From contig JAUNUJ010000006.1 of the NCBI GenBank assembly GCA_030538235.1, forward strand, positions 17,699-81,698: DNA of 64,000 nucleotides, written 5' to 3'. The stretch comes from Alcaligenaceae bacterium. Its GTDB lineage: Bacteria > Pseudomonadota > Gammaproteobacteria > Burkholderiales > Burkholderiaceae_B. The notes beneath the pieces were generated by a model. That model was not told the DNA's origin. It saw only the letters and a list, made by a program, of their open reading frames with translations, and searched no databases. Below, piece after piece: positions 40,501 to 51,607 of this stretch. A program made the position numbers and the translations under genes. Numbering within the stretch: position 1 is the stretch's first letter; each line of letters begins with the position of its first letter.

Positions 40501-42279
40501 GTGGTTGCAATTAATTCTTCTTTACCGCGTCGTCAATTCGATGTGGTCGTAGTAGGCGCCGGTGGAGCCGGTATGCGCTGCTCATTACAATTGGCTCAGG
40601 CCGGTTTATCAGTTGCTGTTTTATCAAAAGTTTTCCCGACCCGTTCGCATACTGTCGCTGCACAGGGTGGTGTGAGTGCCTCTCTGGGCAATATGAGTGA
40701 GGACCATTGGGAATGGCATATGTACGACACGATTAAGGGTTCGGACTGGTTAGGTGACCAGGATGCAATTGAATTCCTTTGTCGTGAAGCACCAAATGCC
40801 GTCTACGAGTTAGAACACTTTGGTATGCCTTTTGACCGTAACTCGGATGGTACGATTTATCAGCGCCCATTTGGTGGTCACACCGCTAACTTCGGTGAAA
40901 AGCCTGTACAACGCGCCTGTGCTGTTGCTGACCGTACCGGTCACGCATTATTACACACCTTATACCAGCGTAACGTTGCCGCTCGCACTCATTTCTTTGT
41001 TGAGTGGATGGCCTTGGATTTACTGCGTAATGACGACGGTGATGTGGTCGGTGTTACTGCACTTGAGATGGAAACAGGTGATATCTATATCCTTGAGGGT
41101 AAAGCAACCGTCTTAGCTACCGGTGGTGCCGGACGTATTTGGGCTGCTTCTACTAACGCCTTTATTAATACCGGTGACGGTTTAGGTATGGCGGCTCGTG
41201 CCGGTATCCCATTGCAGGACTTAGAGTTCTGGCAGTTCCACCCGACTGGTGTGGCTGGTGCCGGTGTACTGATTACTGAGGGTGTGCGCGGTGAGGGCGG
41301 TATCTTATTAAATAAAGACGGTGAGCGCTTTATGGAGCGTTATGCACCGACCCTTAAAGACTTGGCGCCGCGTGACTTTGTATCACGTTCTATGGACCAA
41401 GAAATTAAAGAAGGCCGCGGTTGTGGCCCTAATGGCGACCACGTGTTATTGAAGCTTGACCACTTAGGTGCTGACGTGATTAATAAGCGTTTGCCATCGA
41501 TTCGTGAGATTGCTATTCGCTTCGGTAACGTTGACCCGATCAAGGATCCGATCCCTGTCGTACCGACTATTCACTATCAGATGGGCGGTTTACCGACCAA
41601 TATTCAGGGTCAGGTTCTAGACTTTGTCAATGGTGAAAATAAAGTTGTTAACGGTCTCTACGCTGTTGGTGAGTGTGCCGCTGTTTCAGTACACGGCGCA
41701 AACCGCTTAGGTACTAACTCTTTACTTGACTTGATTGTATTTGGTCGCGCTACCGGTAACTACTTGGTTGAGCAGCATTTAGAAAATCAAAAGAATCACC
41801 AAGACGTACCTCAAGAAGCAGTGGACAAATCAATTGCTCGTGTTAGTGATCTTGAAGCGCGCACTTCCGGCGAAAAAGTTCAAGAGGTTGGTGACGCAAT
41901 GCGTATCTCTATGCAGACGCACTGTGGTGTATTCCGTACCTTAGATCTTCTTAACGAAGGTGTTTCGCAGATTGACGAAATCGCTGAGCGTGCAAATCAC
42001 ATCTACTTCAAAGATAAATCTAAAGTATTCAATATGGCTCGCCAAGAGGCGTTAGAAATTGCCAATATGGTTGAGGTTGCTCGCGCCACCATCACCTCAG
42101 CAGCGGCACGTACTGAAAGCCGTGGTGCTCATGCATTAAATGACCATCCTGAGCGTGATGATGAGAACTGGTTAAAACACACGTTATGGTACTCTGAGGG
42201 CAGCCGCTTAGAGTATAAGCCGGTGCAGATGAAGCCACTAACAGCTAAGACAGTTGCTCCTCAGCAACGTACATTCTAA
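40501..42279 (+). CDS. sdhA: Succinate dehydrogenase flavoprotein
   Basis: GAGGAG, RSHTVAAQGG, HGANRLG. Confidence 0.97.
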   Translation: MVAINSSLPRRQFDVVVVGAGGAGMRCSLQLAQAGLSVAVLSKVFPTRSHTVAAQGGVSASLGNMSEDHWEWHMYDTIKGSDWLGDQDAIEFLCREAPNAVYELEHFGMPFDRNSDGTIYQRPFGGHTANFGEKPVQRACAVADRTGHALLHTLYQRNVAARTHFFVEWMALDLLRNDDGDVVGVTALEMETGDIYILEGKATVLATGGAGRIWAASTNAFINTGDGLGMAARAGIPLQDLEFWQFHPTGVAGAGVLITEGVRGEGGILLNKDGERFMERYAPTLKDLAPRDFVSRSMDQEIKEGRGCGPNGDHVLLKLDHLGADVINKRLPSIREIAIRFGNVDPIKDPIPVVPTIHYQMGGLPTNIQGQVLDFVNGENKVVNGLYAVGECAAVSVHGANRLGTNSLLDLIVFGRATGNYLVEQHLENQKNHQDVPQEAVDKSIARVSDLEARTSGEKVQEVGDAMRISMQTHCGVFRTLDLLNEGVSQIDEIAERANHIYFKDKSKVFNMARQEALEIANMVEVARATITSAAARTESRGAHALNDHPERDDENWLKHTLWYSEGSRLEYKPVQMKPLTAKTVAPQQRTF

Positions 42280-42297
42280 GAGGTATAGGTAAGAATC

Positions 42298-43011
42298 ATG
42301 TCTAAACGAATTGTTAAATTTGAGATTTATCGCTACGATCCGGATAAGGACGAGCGTCCTTATATGCAAAAGCTGGATGTTGAGCTTGGGCCAAATGACA
42401 AAATGTTGTTAGATGCCATTGTTCGCATAAAAAATGATGTAGACGACAGTATTTCTATTCGTCGTTCTTGTCGTGAGGGTGTTTGTGGCTCTGACGCCAT
42501 GAACGTTAATGGTAAAAACATGCTAGCGTGTATTACCAACTTAAACGAATTAAAAGAGCCGATTGTGTTACGTCCGCTACCTGGTTTACCAGTGATTCGT
42601 GACCTGATTGTTGATATGACTCACTTCTTCAATCAGTATCACTCTGTGCGCCCGTACTTGATTAACAATACACCGCCTCCTGAAAAAGAGCGTTTACAGA
42701 GTCCTGAAGCACGTGAAGAGCTTGATGGTCTGTATGAGTGTATTCTTTGTGCCTGTTGCTCAACATCATGTCCTTCATTCTGGTGGAACCCTGATAAGTT
42801 CGTTGGTCCTGCCGGCTTATTGCAAGCTTATCGCTTCTTAGCTGATAGCCGTGATGAAGCAACCACCGAGCGTTTGGATAATTTAGAGGATCCATACCGT
42901 TTATTCCGTTGTCACTCTATTATGAACTGCGTGGATGTATGTCCTAAGGGCCTAAACCCGACTCGTGCGATCGGCAAGATCAAAGAGATGCTAGTTCGTC
43001 GTACAGTTTAA
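42298..43011 (+). CDS. sdhB: Succinate dehydrogenase iron-sulfur subunit
   Basis: SCREGVCGSD, CILCACCSTSCPS, CHSIMNCVDVCP. Confidence 0.97.
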   Translation: MSKRIVKFEIYRYDPDKDERPYMQKLDVELGPNDKMLLDAIVRIKNDVDDSISIRRSCREGVCGSDAMNVNGKNMLACITNLNELKEPIVLRPLPGLPVIRDLIVDMTHFFNQYHSVRPYLINNTPPPEKERLQSPEAREELDGLYECILCACCSTSCPSFWWNPDKFVGPAGLLQAYRFLADSRDEATTERLDNLEDPYRLFRCHSIMNCVDVCPKGLNPTRAIGKIKEMLVRRTV

Positions 43012-43045
43012 TCACTATACGATCAACGTTTTAGAGTACCAAGGG

Positions 43046-43309
43046 ATGAGCATATCAGAAGTTGAACTTGCGCGTGCACGCCTTCGTTGGCGTGCTCGTC
43101 GCGGTTTACTGGAAAACGATTTAATTCTTACGCGCTTTCTTGATCAATACGAAGAGCAATTAAGCGATGAGGATGTATTATCGCTGACAAAATTATTTCA
43201 GCTAGACGACAACAAGCTATTGGAGATTTTATTAGGTAAAAGAGAACCGGAAGGCGAATACTACACTGACAATATATGCCGTCTTGTTCAACAAATTCGC
43301 GAAGCCTAA
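43046..43309 (+). CDS. sdhE: SDH assembly factor 2
   Basis: [17 protein letters not shown]. Confidence 0.9.
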   Translation: MSISEVELARARLRWRARRGLLENDLILTRFLDQYEEQLSDEDVLSLTKLFQLDDNKLLEILLGKREPEGEYYTDNICRLVQQIREA

Positions 43310-43350
43310 TACTATTAAACCAACAGCTCACATTTAAAGGAAAAACCAAG

Positions 43351-44661
43351 ATGCAATTATCCGATAAAAAAGCCACTTTGAGCTTTTCAGACGGTTCGCC
43401 ATCCATTGAGCTACCGATCTTTGAGGGGACTATCGGCCCTGATGTTATGGACATTCGTAAACTTTACGGTCAAACCGGCAAGTTCACTTATGATCCGGGT
43501 TTTATGTCTACGGCTTCTTGCGGCTCTTCTATCACGTACATTGATGGTGATAAGGGCGAATTGCTATATCGTGGGTACCCAATTGAGCAATTGGCTACTA
43601 ATTGCGACTTCCTAGAGGTTTGTTATTTATTATTAAATGGCGAACTTCCTAATGAAGAGCAGAAAAAGGAGTTTGATACCTCTGTTAACCGTCACAACAT
43701 GGTTCACGAGCAAATGCACTTTTTCTTGCGCGGTTTCCGTCGTGATGCTCACCCAATGGCGGTATTAACCGGCTTGGTCGGTGCGATGTCTGCCTTCTAT
43801 CACGACTCTACCGACGTGAATAACCCGCGTCACCGTGATATTTCCGCTATTCGCTTAATTGCCAAGATGCCAACCTTAGTTGCCATGGCGTATAAGTACA
43901 ACAAGGGTGAACCATATATCTACCCACAAAATAACTTGTCTTATACCGGTAACTTTATTCGTCAGATGTTTGCGACACCTTGCGAAGACTATGAGGTTCA
44001 GGATGTTGTTGAACGTGCTTTAGACCGTATCTTAATCTTGCATGCCGATCACGAACAAAACGCCTCTACCTCGACCGTTAGACTTTGTGGTTCCTCAGGT
44101 ACTAACCCATTTGCAGCAATTGCTGCCGGTGTGGCTTGCTTGTGGGGGCCTTCTCACGGTGGTGCTAACGAAGCGTGCCTAAATATGCTTGAAGAAATTC
44201 AGGCCAATGGCGGTATTGAGAAAGTTGGTGAGTTCATGGAAGCGGTCAAGGATAAAAACAATCCTACTCGCCTCATGGGCTTTGGTCACCGCGTCTATAA
44301 GAACTACGATCCACGTGCTAAGCTCATGCAAGAAACGTGTAAAGAAGTTCTTTCTGCGCTCGGTTTGGAAAATGACCCATTATTCAAACTGGCCATGGAA
44401 TTAGAGCGTATTGCACTTGAAGACGAGTACTTCGTAGAGCGTAAACTATACCCTAACGTGGATTTCTACTCCGGTATTGTTCAGCGTGCTATCGGTATTC
44501 CGACGTCATTGTTTACGGCGATTTTCGCTTTAGCTCGTACCGTGGGTTGGATTGCTCAGTGGAATGAGATGCTTGGTGACCCTGATTATAAGATCGGTCG
44601 CCCGCGTCAAATTTACATTGGTTCAACCAAGCGCGATGTTACCCCAATTTCTAATCGATAG
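43351..44661 (+). CDS. gltA: Citrate synthase
   Basis: [39 protein letters not shown]. Confidence 0.97.
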   Translation: MQLSDKKATLSFSDGSPSIELPIFEGTIGPDVMDIRKLYGQTGKFTYDPGFMSTASCGSSITYIDGDKGELLYRGYPIEQLATNCDFLEVCYLLLNGELPNEEQKKEFDTSVNRHNMVHEQMHFFLRGFRRDAHPMAVLTGLVGAMSAFYHDSTDVNNPRHRDISAIRLIAKMPTLVAMAYKYNKGEPYIYPQNNLSYTGNFIRQMFATPCEDYEVQDVVERALDRILILHADHEQNASTSTVRLCGSSGTNPFAAIAAGVACLWGPSHGGANEACLNMLEEIQANGGIEKVGEFMEAVKDKNNPTRLMGFGHRVYKNYDPRAKLMQETCKEVLSALGLENDPLFKLAMELERIALEDEYFVERKLYPNVDFYSGIVQRAIGIPTSLFTAIFALARTVGWIAQWNEMLGDPDYKIGRPRQIYIGSTKRDVTPISNR

Positions 44662-44688
44662 TTTGTTAGTTTAGAATTTGGCTATAGA

Positions 44689-44717
44689 GTCCCCGGACGA
44701 ATTGTTCGGGGATTTTT
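44689..44717 (+). terminator. Terminator after gltA
   Basis: TCCCCGGAC...GTTCGGGGA hairpin followed by T tract. Confidence 0.7.
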
Positions 44718-44794
44718 CTTTTTTCTATCATAAATAGCTATACTATTTATTACTGTACTAAAATCAGTACTTTTAAATTCATTGGAGAGTCATA

Positions 44795-46093
44795 GTGGAG
44801 CAAAAACCAAGCGTTCCTAGCCATGCTTTACCGTCCTATTTAGATCAAAATGACGTTGGTGCTTGGGGCATCTTTTTACAGCAAATTGATCGTATCGCCC
44901 CTTATATGGGCAGTCTGACCCCATGGATTGAGACCTTAAAACGACCTAAAACCATTATGGTGGTTGATGTGCCTATCGAGTTAGATGATGGTACCTATGC
45001 ACACTTCGAGGGTTATCGTGTACAGCACAATACCATTCGTGGCCCGGGCAAAGGCGGTGTGCGTTTTCACCAGGATGTCAATCTCTCCGAGGTCATGGCT
45101 TTAGCCGGTTGGATGTCGATTAAATGTGCTGCGGTTAATTTGCCCTTTGGTGGCGCTAAAGGCGGTATTCGCATTGACCCTCGCAATTATTCTGAAAAAG
45201 AGCTTGAGCGCGTGACTCGTCGCTATACCTCAGAAATCGGTGGCATTATTGGCCCACTCAAAGACATTCCTGCCCCCGATGTTAATACCGGTCCTCAAGT
45301 GATGGCTTGGATGATGGATACTTACTCTATGAACCAGGGTTATACCACGTCCGGTGTGGTTACCGGTAAGCCGATTGCTTTAGGGGGTAGCTTAGGCCGT
45401 GTTGAAGCGACCGGTCGAGGTGTCTACGTGGCTGCCTGTGAAGCTGCTAATGACCAAGGCATCGATCTTAAGGGTGCTCGTGTCGTAATCCAAGGCTTCG
45501 GTAATGTTGGCGGTACAGCGGCCCGTCTGTTTTTTGAGGCTGGCTCTAAAATCGTGGCCTTACAAGACCATACGGCAACGGTGTCAAATGACGATGGTAT
45601 TGATATTTTCAAATTACTTGAACATGTTGAGCACAATGGCGGTATCAAGGGTTTCGAAGGTGCAACTGAGATTTCCTTGGATGAGTTTTGGGCCACGGAG
45701 ACGGATCTGTTAATCCCCGCTGCCTTAGAAAATCAAATCACCGAGAAAAATGCACATACGGTAAATACCAAGATTTTAGTTGAGGGTGCAAATGGTCCGA
45801 CCACACCGGCAGCTGACGATATCTTAGTTGATAAGGGCGTTTTTATCGTACCTGATGTTCTAGCTAACGCCGGCGGTGTGACCGTTAGTTACTTCGAATG
45901 GGTGCAGGACTTCTCCAGTTTCTTCTGGACTGTCGATGAAATTAATCACCGCTTGGACCGCATGATGCGTGAAGCGTACCGTGCCATTCGTGAAACGGCC
46001 AAGCACCATAATGTCACTATGCGTACAGCGGCATTTATCATAGCCTGTACTCGTATCCTGGAGCAACGTAAAGTTCGCGGTTTATATCCTTAA
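44795..46093 (+). CDS. gdhA: Glu/Leu/Phe/Val dehydrogenase (glutamate dehydrogenase)
   Basis: [36 protein letters not shown]. Confidence 0.9.
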   Translation: MEQKPSVPSHALPSYLDQNDVGAWGIFLQQIDRIAPYMGSLTPWIETLKRPKTIMVVDVPIELDDGTYAHFEGYRVQHNTIRGPGKGGVRFHQDVNLSEVMALAGWMSIKCAAVNLPFGGAKGGIRIDPRNYSEKELERVTRRYTSEIGGIIGPLKDIPAPDVNTGPQVMAWMMDTYSMNQGYTTSGVVTGKPIALGGSLGRVEATGRGVYVAACEAANDQGIDLKGARVVIQGFGNVGGTAARLFFEAGSKIVALQDHTATVSNDDGIDIFKLLEHVEHNGGIKGFEGATEISLDEFWATETDLLIPAALENQITEKNAHTVNTKILVEGANGPTTPAADDILVDKGVFIVPDVLANAGGVTVSYFEWVQDFSSFFWTVDEINHRLDRMMREAYRAIRETAKHHNVTMRTAAFIIACTRILEQRKVRGLYP

Positions 46094-46137
46094 TCAGCGA
46101 AGTTTTATTGCTTATCGTGCAAGCAAGGCGCCGAGAT

Positions 46138-47031
46138 TTATTCTCGGCGTTTTTGCTTTCTGCCACTTTGTACGGCAGTGGCAGTTGTACCTATTGCCGC
46201 AAAAACAATCAATAGCACCGCGAGCCATTCTTGCGGGTTCAGAAATTCATTAAGAATAATAATACCGGTTAAGGCACCGACTGCCGGTTCTAAACTCACC
46301 ATAATACTGAAGGTTTTGATAGGTAAAATCCTCAGTGAAAATATCTCCAAAGTAAATGGAATAGCACTGGATAACAAGGCAATACCTAAGCCGAATAATA
46401 AAATATTTGGGTTAAGAAGGTTTGCTCCTGCACTCCACAGACCAATAGGTAAAATCAGTAAAGAGGCGGTGAGAAAACCGTACGTGGTGATAAGGCCCGG
46501 GTGAATCAAGCGGGCGCGTTGACCGACCAGAATATAGGCTCCCCAAAAGGCACCCGCAATTAGAGCATAAATCACGCCAAAGGGATCAAGGTTTAGCAAC
46601 TCATCTGAGCTGCTGCCGGGCCACAGTAGTAAATAAAGCCCCGCTAAAGCAAAAAGCACCCATAAAAAATCAAAGCGTGACCGAGAGGATAAGACCGCCA
46701 CGCTTAAGGGACCGGAAAATTGAATTGCTAAGGTAATGCCTAGTGGCAGCTTAGCGATGGCTAGATAAAAGAAGCTATTCATGCCCACCATGCAGATACC
46801 GTAGGGAATAATGGTGGCCAGATCGGAGCGGGTTAAGTCTAAGCGCCATGGGCGCCAGAATATCAACATAAAGGCAGTAGAGAAAACAAGCCTTAGAGTA
46901 GTGGTGCCGATAGGACCCACTGCCTCAAATAAACCCTTAGCAAAGGAATTACCAATGCATAGGGAAAAAATGGACAATATAAGCGCTATCGCTCCTAGCG
47001 ACATGGGGTATTGACGCTCTGATGAATTCAT
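46138..47031 (-). CDS. EamA family transporter (RhtA-like), paralog 2
   Basis: LAIQFSGPL, AIPFTLE, SLEPAVGAL. Confidence 0.88.
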   Translation of the reverse strand: MNSSERQYPMSLGAIALILSIFSLCIGNSFAKGLFEAVGPIGTTTLRLVFSTAFMLIFWRPWRLDLTRSDLATIIPYGICMVGMNSFFYLAIAKLPLGITLAIQFSGPLSVAVLSSRSRFDFLWVLFALAGLYLLLWPGSSSDELLNLDPFGVIYALIAGAFWGAYILVGQRARLIHPGLITTYGFLTASLLILPIGLWSAGANLLNPNILLFGLGIALLSSAIPFTLEIFSLRILPIKTFSIMVSLEPAVGALTGIIILNEFLNPQEWLAVLLIVFAAIGTTATAVQSGRKQKRRE

Positions 47032-47184
47032 ATAAGTGAAAAATCAAGGGTAGGGAAGAGCTGCGTAGAACACGCAGGCTTATCTACTAGCCTAGCGTTA
47101 TTCTAAACTTAAATCAATTGAATCCCGGGAATCGGCGTATTTAGCGAGTTCCCGGGCATGGGATATCTTGTGATATGCCTGTGC

Positions 47185-48087
47185 TTATTGGGCGGCGTCT
47201 TTAGCTTTGTCTTTGCGATGATCACGCACAGCGGTGGCAGTACAGCCGGCAGATGCACAGACCACCAGTAGAATGGCCAGCCATTGCTTGGATTCAATCA
47301 CTTCACCGAGAATAATAATCCCTGCAAGTGCACCCACTGCGGGCTCTAGGCTAAGCATGATACTAAAGGTCTTAGCCGGTAGAATTCTCAGTGCAAAAAT
47401 TTCTAAACTATAAGGTAGGGCGCTGGACAAGATTGCGATACCTAAACCAAAGAGTAGTAAGTTGGGGTTAAACATTGCAGCGCCACCGCTTATTAAACCA
47501 AAAGGTAAAATTAACATGGCGGCAATGGTCAGACCGTAGGAAGTTACATGACCCGGGTGCACACGACGTGCTCTTTGTCCAAAGATAATATAGGCCGCCC
47601 AGAAAACCCCGGCAATCAACGCATACATCACACCCGCTAAATCAAGCGCAATCAGTTCCTGAGAGTCAGCGCCTGGCCATAACAAGAGATAGAGACCAAT
47701 CACTGCTAGAGCAATCCACAAGAAGTCAAAACGTGTCCTGGACTTGTAAATGGCAAGGCTCAGTGGGCCGGTAAATTCAATTGCTAAGGCAATGCCCACC
47801 GGCAGCGTTTGTAGGGAGAGGTAAAAGGGCAAATTCATGCCGACAATACAAATGCCGTAAGGCACGATGGTTGCCAGATCGGAACGGGTCAGTGGGATAC
47901 GCCAAGGTCGCCAAATCAACCACAGAATACAGGCCGAGAAAAAGATTCTAAAGGTGGTAGTACCGATTGCGCCGACCTCGGAAAACAGGGTCTTTGCAAA
48001 TGAAGTGCCGGTACAGAGGGAAATAATTGAAAGAATTAACGTCAAAACACCAACCCACATAGGGTATTGACGCAAAGATGAATTCAT
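47185..48087 (-). CDS. EamA family transporter (RhtA-like), paralog 1
   Basis: LAIEFTGPL, ALPYSLE, SLEPAVGAL. Confidence 0.88.
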   Translation of the reverse strand: MNSSLRQYPMWVGVLTLILSIISLCTGTSFAKTLFSEVGAIGTTTFRIFFSACILWLIWRPWRIPLTRSDLATIVPYGICIVGMNLPFYLSLQTLPVGIALAIEFTGPLSLAIYKSRTRFDFLWIALAVIGLYLLLWPGADSQELIALDLAGVMYALIAGVFWAAYIIFGQRARRVHPGHVTSYGLTIAAMLILPFGLISGGAAMFNPNLLLFGLGIAILSSALPYSLEIFALRILPAKTFSIMLSLEPAVGALAGIIILGEVIESKQWLAILLVVCASAGCTATAVRDHRKDKAKDAAQ

Positions 48088-48282
48088 ACCGACACAAAAA
48101 TTAGAAAAAGTTTAGGGGATTCAAGCAATCATTCATACTAGTCGTTTTTGAGGAAGATAGCAATTTAATAAGCGGTCAATGGGAATTGATTTTATGGGAA
48201 ATTTAAGCTATTATTATTAGCTTAGCTTTGAATTGCTGTTAGTTCGCTCGGATTGACTTTATAAGCAATCAAATGTCCAAAA

Positions 48283-48359
48283 CCCCCTGTAGCTCAGTTG
48301 GTTAGAGCAGAGGACTCATAATCCTTTGGTCGCCGGTTCAAGTCCGGCTGGGGGGACCA
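48283..48359 (+). tRNA. tRNA with CAT anticodon, probably tRNA-Ile2 (lysidine)
   Basis: TAGCTCAGTTGGTTAGAGC D-arm, GAGGA-CT-CAT-AA-TCCTT, GTTCAAGTC, CCA; C4-G69 and C5-G68 pairs favour Ile2 over Met. Confidence 0.85.
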
Positions 48360-48401
48360 AAAAAGCCTTTAATTTTTAATGGGTTATAAAGGATTTGTGG
48401 T

Positions 48402-48720
48402 TTACGACGCTAGCTTTAAATAGCTGCTCTGGCATAATTCTGTCATTGCAGCTTTTTTATGTCCGCTAACATTGCTAGCATATTCAGCTAAATGGCTTGT
48501 GCTTAAGTGTGCATAATTCATGACCATATCTAGCGTCTCCCATCCGCCAAGTTTTTTAAGGCCATGAGTGGTGTGCCACCCTGTACATGCCAACTAGCCC
48601 ACATGTCGCGCAAGTCGTGAAATCTAAAATCACTAATGTCGGATTTTTCTAGCGCGTGGTTAAAGATACGACTATCAATAGCCGCGCTAGGCTTATCATG
48701 CACACGACCAAAGTAGTACA
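48402..48720 (-). pseudogene. Tyrosine recombinase (phage integrase) C-terminal remnant, frameshifted
   Basis: DFRFHDLRDMWASWHVQGGTPL joined through an A-run frameshift to LKKLGGWETLDMVMNYAHL (catalytic Tyr); abuts the tRNA 3' end. Confidence 0.8.
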
Positions 48721-48930
48721 GTCATGATTCGAAAGCCGCGGCTATGAGCTATGGGACTAGAGCACGTGTATTTCCCATGAGAGTCGTGTAATATCTGGAT
48801 TTTAGGGTAGGACTGAGCCGTGCACTACTACTCAAAAAATTCGCGCCCAGAGATCATGCTAAAGCTTACATCGCCGTCATGCCACCGTAAGCCCTTTTTC
48901 CCAAATCAACTCAACCCAACCGCTCTCAGA

Positions 48931-50235
48931 CTACAGCAAAACACCTAACCAAAGTACTAAGGCCATTAATGTCGCAAGCAGCACCGGTGGGGTGATGAGT
49001 AGGCCTATTTTCATATACTGAACCCAGCCGATTCGATAGCCTTTTTCAGCCAATACATGCAACCAGAGTAGAGTCGCGAGACTACCGATGGGGGTGAATT
49101 TCGGACCTAAGTCATTCCCGATGATATTGGCATAGACCATTAATTCTTTGGTAGTTGCAGAGACATTTGCCTGCTCAATGGCCAAGGCGCCGACCAATGT
49201 TGATGGTAGATTATTCATAACGCTGGCTACGATAGCAGATAAAAATCCGGTACCGATGGTAGCAATAAAATCGCCTTGTAGGGATAACCATTGTAAAGCA
49301 GTGGCGCCGTAGGCGGTTAATCCCGCATTGCCCAGACCGTAGACGACAAGATACATGCCAACTGAGAACCAGACAATTTGCCAAGGCGCGTGGCGTAGGG
49401 CATGAGTGACTGAGACCACTGCACCGTTGCCTTTGCACCACCAACGACCGGCAATAGCCATTAATGCGATGGCTGCGGTGCCAGTTACTAGGGAAATTGG
49501 TACATTCAACGGACCGGTAATAAAGTAGGCAACGAGGAGTAGGGCGAAAATAGGAAAGGCTGCGTTGAAAACCAAGGAATCACGAATCGCGGAGCGCGGC
49601 TCATCAAGCGTGCTTAAATCATAGCTTTTCGGAATGTCGCGTCTAAAAACTATCCAAAGCACCAGCAAGGTAGCAGTTAGGGAAACCAGATTTACCGGTA
49701 CCATCACCACCGCATAGCGGTCAAAACCAATGCCAAAGAAATTCGCACTCACGATATTGACCAGATTAGAAATCACTAGCGGTAGACTGGTGGTGTCAGC
49801 GACAAACCCAGTGGCAATAATAAAAGCAAAGGCTGCGGTCGGTGAGAAATTCATCCGAATCAATATCGCGATAACGATAGGCGTGAGTAGTAGTGCGGCA
49901 CCGTCGTTGGCAAAAAAAGCAGCGATTATGGCTCCCAACATAATCACCAAGGGAAATAGCAACTGACCTCTGCCATTACCCCAACGAGAGACGTGTAGGG
50001 CTGCCCACGCAAAGAAGCCAGCAGCATCCAGGATTAGGGAAATAATAATCAGGGCCACGAAAGTAAAGGTCGCATCCCAGACGATATTCCATACGACACC
50101 GATATCAGACCATTGGACTACGCCTAAGAGTAGAGCGATGATTGCACCGCCAATGGCACTCCAACCAATACCTAGGCCTCTAGGTTGCCAAATGACTAAG
50201 GTCAGAGTGAGGATGAAAATAATAAGAGCCTGCAT
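48931..50235 (-). CDS. arsB: Arsenite efflux pump ArsB
   Basis: IWQPRG, FFANDGAALLLTPIV, PLVISNLVNIV, DLGPKFTPIGSLATLLW. Confidence 0.93.
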   Translation of the reverse strand: MQALIIFILTLTLVIWQPRGLGIGWSAIGGAIIALLLGVVQWSDIGVVWNIVWDATFTFVALIIISLILDAAGFFAWAALHVSRWGNGRGQLLFPLVIMLGAIIAAFFANDGAALLLTPIVIAILIRMNFSPTAAFAFIIATGFVADTTSLPLVISNLVNIVSANFFGIGFDRYAVVMVPVNLVSLTATLLVLWIVFRRDIPKSYDLSTLDEPRSAIRDSLVFNAAFPIFALLLVAYFITGPLNVPISLVTGTAAIALMAIAGRWWCKGNGAVVSVTHALRHAPWQIVWFSVGMYLVVYGLGNAGLTAYGATALQWLSLQGDFIATIGTGFLSAIVASVMNNLPSTLVGALAIEQANVSATTKELMVYANIIGNDLGPKFTPIGSLATLLWLHVLAEKGYRIGWVQYMKIGLLITPPVLLATLMALVLWLGVLL

Positions 50236-50243
50236 GCACTAAC

Positions 50244-50651
50244 CTATCGTTTGGCGTGGCGCACACGTTCGCCATCCTCTTTGGTGAATTCTTGAATTGG
50301 ATTTTCTAAGAGGTCGAGGACTAATTCTGACGGACGACATAGGCGAGCCCCTTTGTCAGTCACAACAATTGGGCGATTGATTAAGATGGGGTGACGCATC
50401 ATGGCGTCGATTAATTGCTCATCTGTTAGCGATGGGTCAGCCAAATTTAATTCATCATAGGGTGTGCCTTTTTGACGAAGCAATTCGCGTGGCGTAATGT
50501 CCATCAATGCAAGAATCTCAACTAAGCGCTCTCGACAGGGTGGGTTTTGGAGGTATTCAATTACCTTAGGGGTTTCACCGGAAGCGATCATCATGGCAAG
50601 GGTGTTGCGCGAGGTGCCGCAATTAGGGTTGTGATAAATCAGTGTATTCAT
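50244..50651 (-). CDS. arsC: Arsenate reductase (glutaredoxin type)
   Basis: IYHNPNCGTSR, HPILINRPIV, RLCRP. Confidence 0.93.
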   Translation of the reverse strand: MNTLIYHNPNCGTSRNTLAMMIASGETPKVIEYLQNPPCRERLVEILALMDITPRELLRQKGTPYDELNLADPSLTDEQLIDAMMRHPILINRPIVVTDKGARLCRPSELVLDLLENPIQEFTKEDGERVRHAKR

Positions 50652-50667
50652 CGTATCTTCTTGTTTG

Positions 50668-51009
50668 TTATTGCTTAAGGGCACAAGTGCTTAGTTTTTC
50701 GAGTAAGGGTTCACAGACTTCGGGATGACCGCCACAACAATCTTCAGCTAAAAAGCGAATGGCTTCTCTCATTTGTTCAAGATTTGCTCTATAGATAATT
50801 GAGCGACTTTGTCTTTGTGAAATGACCAAGTTAGCGCGTGCCAGCACTGCCAAATGAGCCGACATGGTGTTATGTGGAACCTCTAGGTGACGTGCGATCT
50901 CACCGGCGGCAAGTCCCTCCGGCTCATGACTAACCAAGAGGCGAAAGGCTTTAAGGCGAGTATCTTGGGCGAGGGCCGCGAAGGCTGTCATAATATTTAT
51001 TGTTTCCAT
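50668..51009 (-). CDS. arsR: ArsR family repressor
   Basis: ALAQDTRL, AGEIA, NTMSAHL, EDCCGGHPEVC. Confidence 0.9.
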   Translation of the reverse strand: METINIMTAFAALAQDTRLKAFRLLVSHEPEGLAAGEIARHLEVPHNTMSAHLAVLARANLVISQRQSRSIIYRANLEQMREAIRFLAEDCCGGHPEVCEPLLEKLSTCALKQ

Positions 51010-51029
51010 ATGTCTGAGTTTATAGACAT
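51010..51029. promoter_or_regulatory. Putative ArsR operator
   Basis: ATGTCT-N8-AGACAT inverted repeat immediately upstream of the arsR ATG. Confidence 0.45.
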
Positions 51030-51376
51030 GATAAGTATTATTCAAGCGTTGAATTTGTTTTGTGGTGAAAAGGCTATTTTTTTAGATTGGAGAGTGAATC
51101 AAATTGGGTGAACTAGTGACTGTAATGATGCGCGTTACATTGCATTTCTTGTGTGACATAGCTGGGTTCTATAGGGCTCTACCTGATTTAGCACTAATTG
51201 CTATGGCCTATGCTGTTTGTTAACTCATCAGATAATGGTGGCTTTCTTTTTTTGAGTGCGACCACTGCAATCAAGTGTCAGAAAACCATGCGGTCGCCAC
51301 CCTAGTAGATTCCACACCACGCCAGCAGTTTTGTTAGCAGAACAAGTGCTGCCAACGCTAGTTTCCTAATTCCCAT

Positions 51377-51404
51377 CAAAAACCCACCGTTTGGGTGGGT
51401 TTGT
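51377..51404. terminator. Terminator-like hairpin
   Basis: AAACCCACC-GTTTG-GGTGGGTTT. Confidence 0.55.
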
Positions 51405-51607
51405 ATAGATAGGGAACTAAAGCTCAGCTCAGCTGATTCATCAATAATACGCCACCAAACAAGCTACTTAGGGCGGGGTCGTTAAGCGTGAAATCTACAG
51501 TGATGGATTAAATGATCAACGCTTTTGATGATTTGTAAAAAGACTGTTTCTAGAGTCCAGTCATCAGCAAAGCTTGTGCTAACTTATAATCGGCGAATCC
51601 GTTATTT

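Noticed and set aside
48283-48359. tRNA as a pseudogene because of two G-U pairs in the acceptor stem
   Set aside because: All arms, conserved loops and CCA are intact; wobble pairs are tolerated
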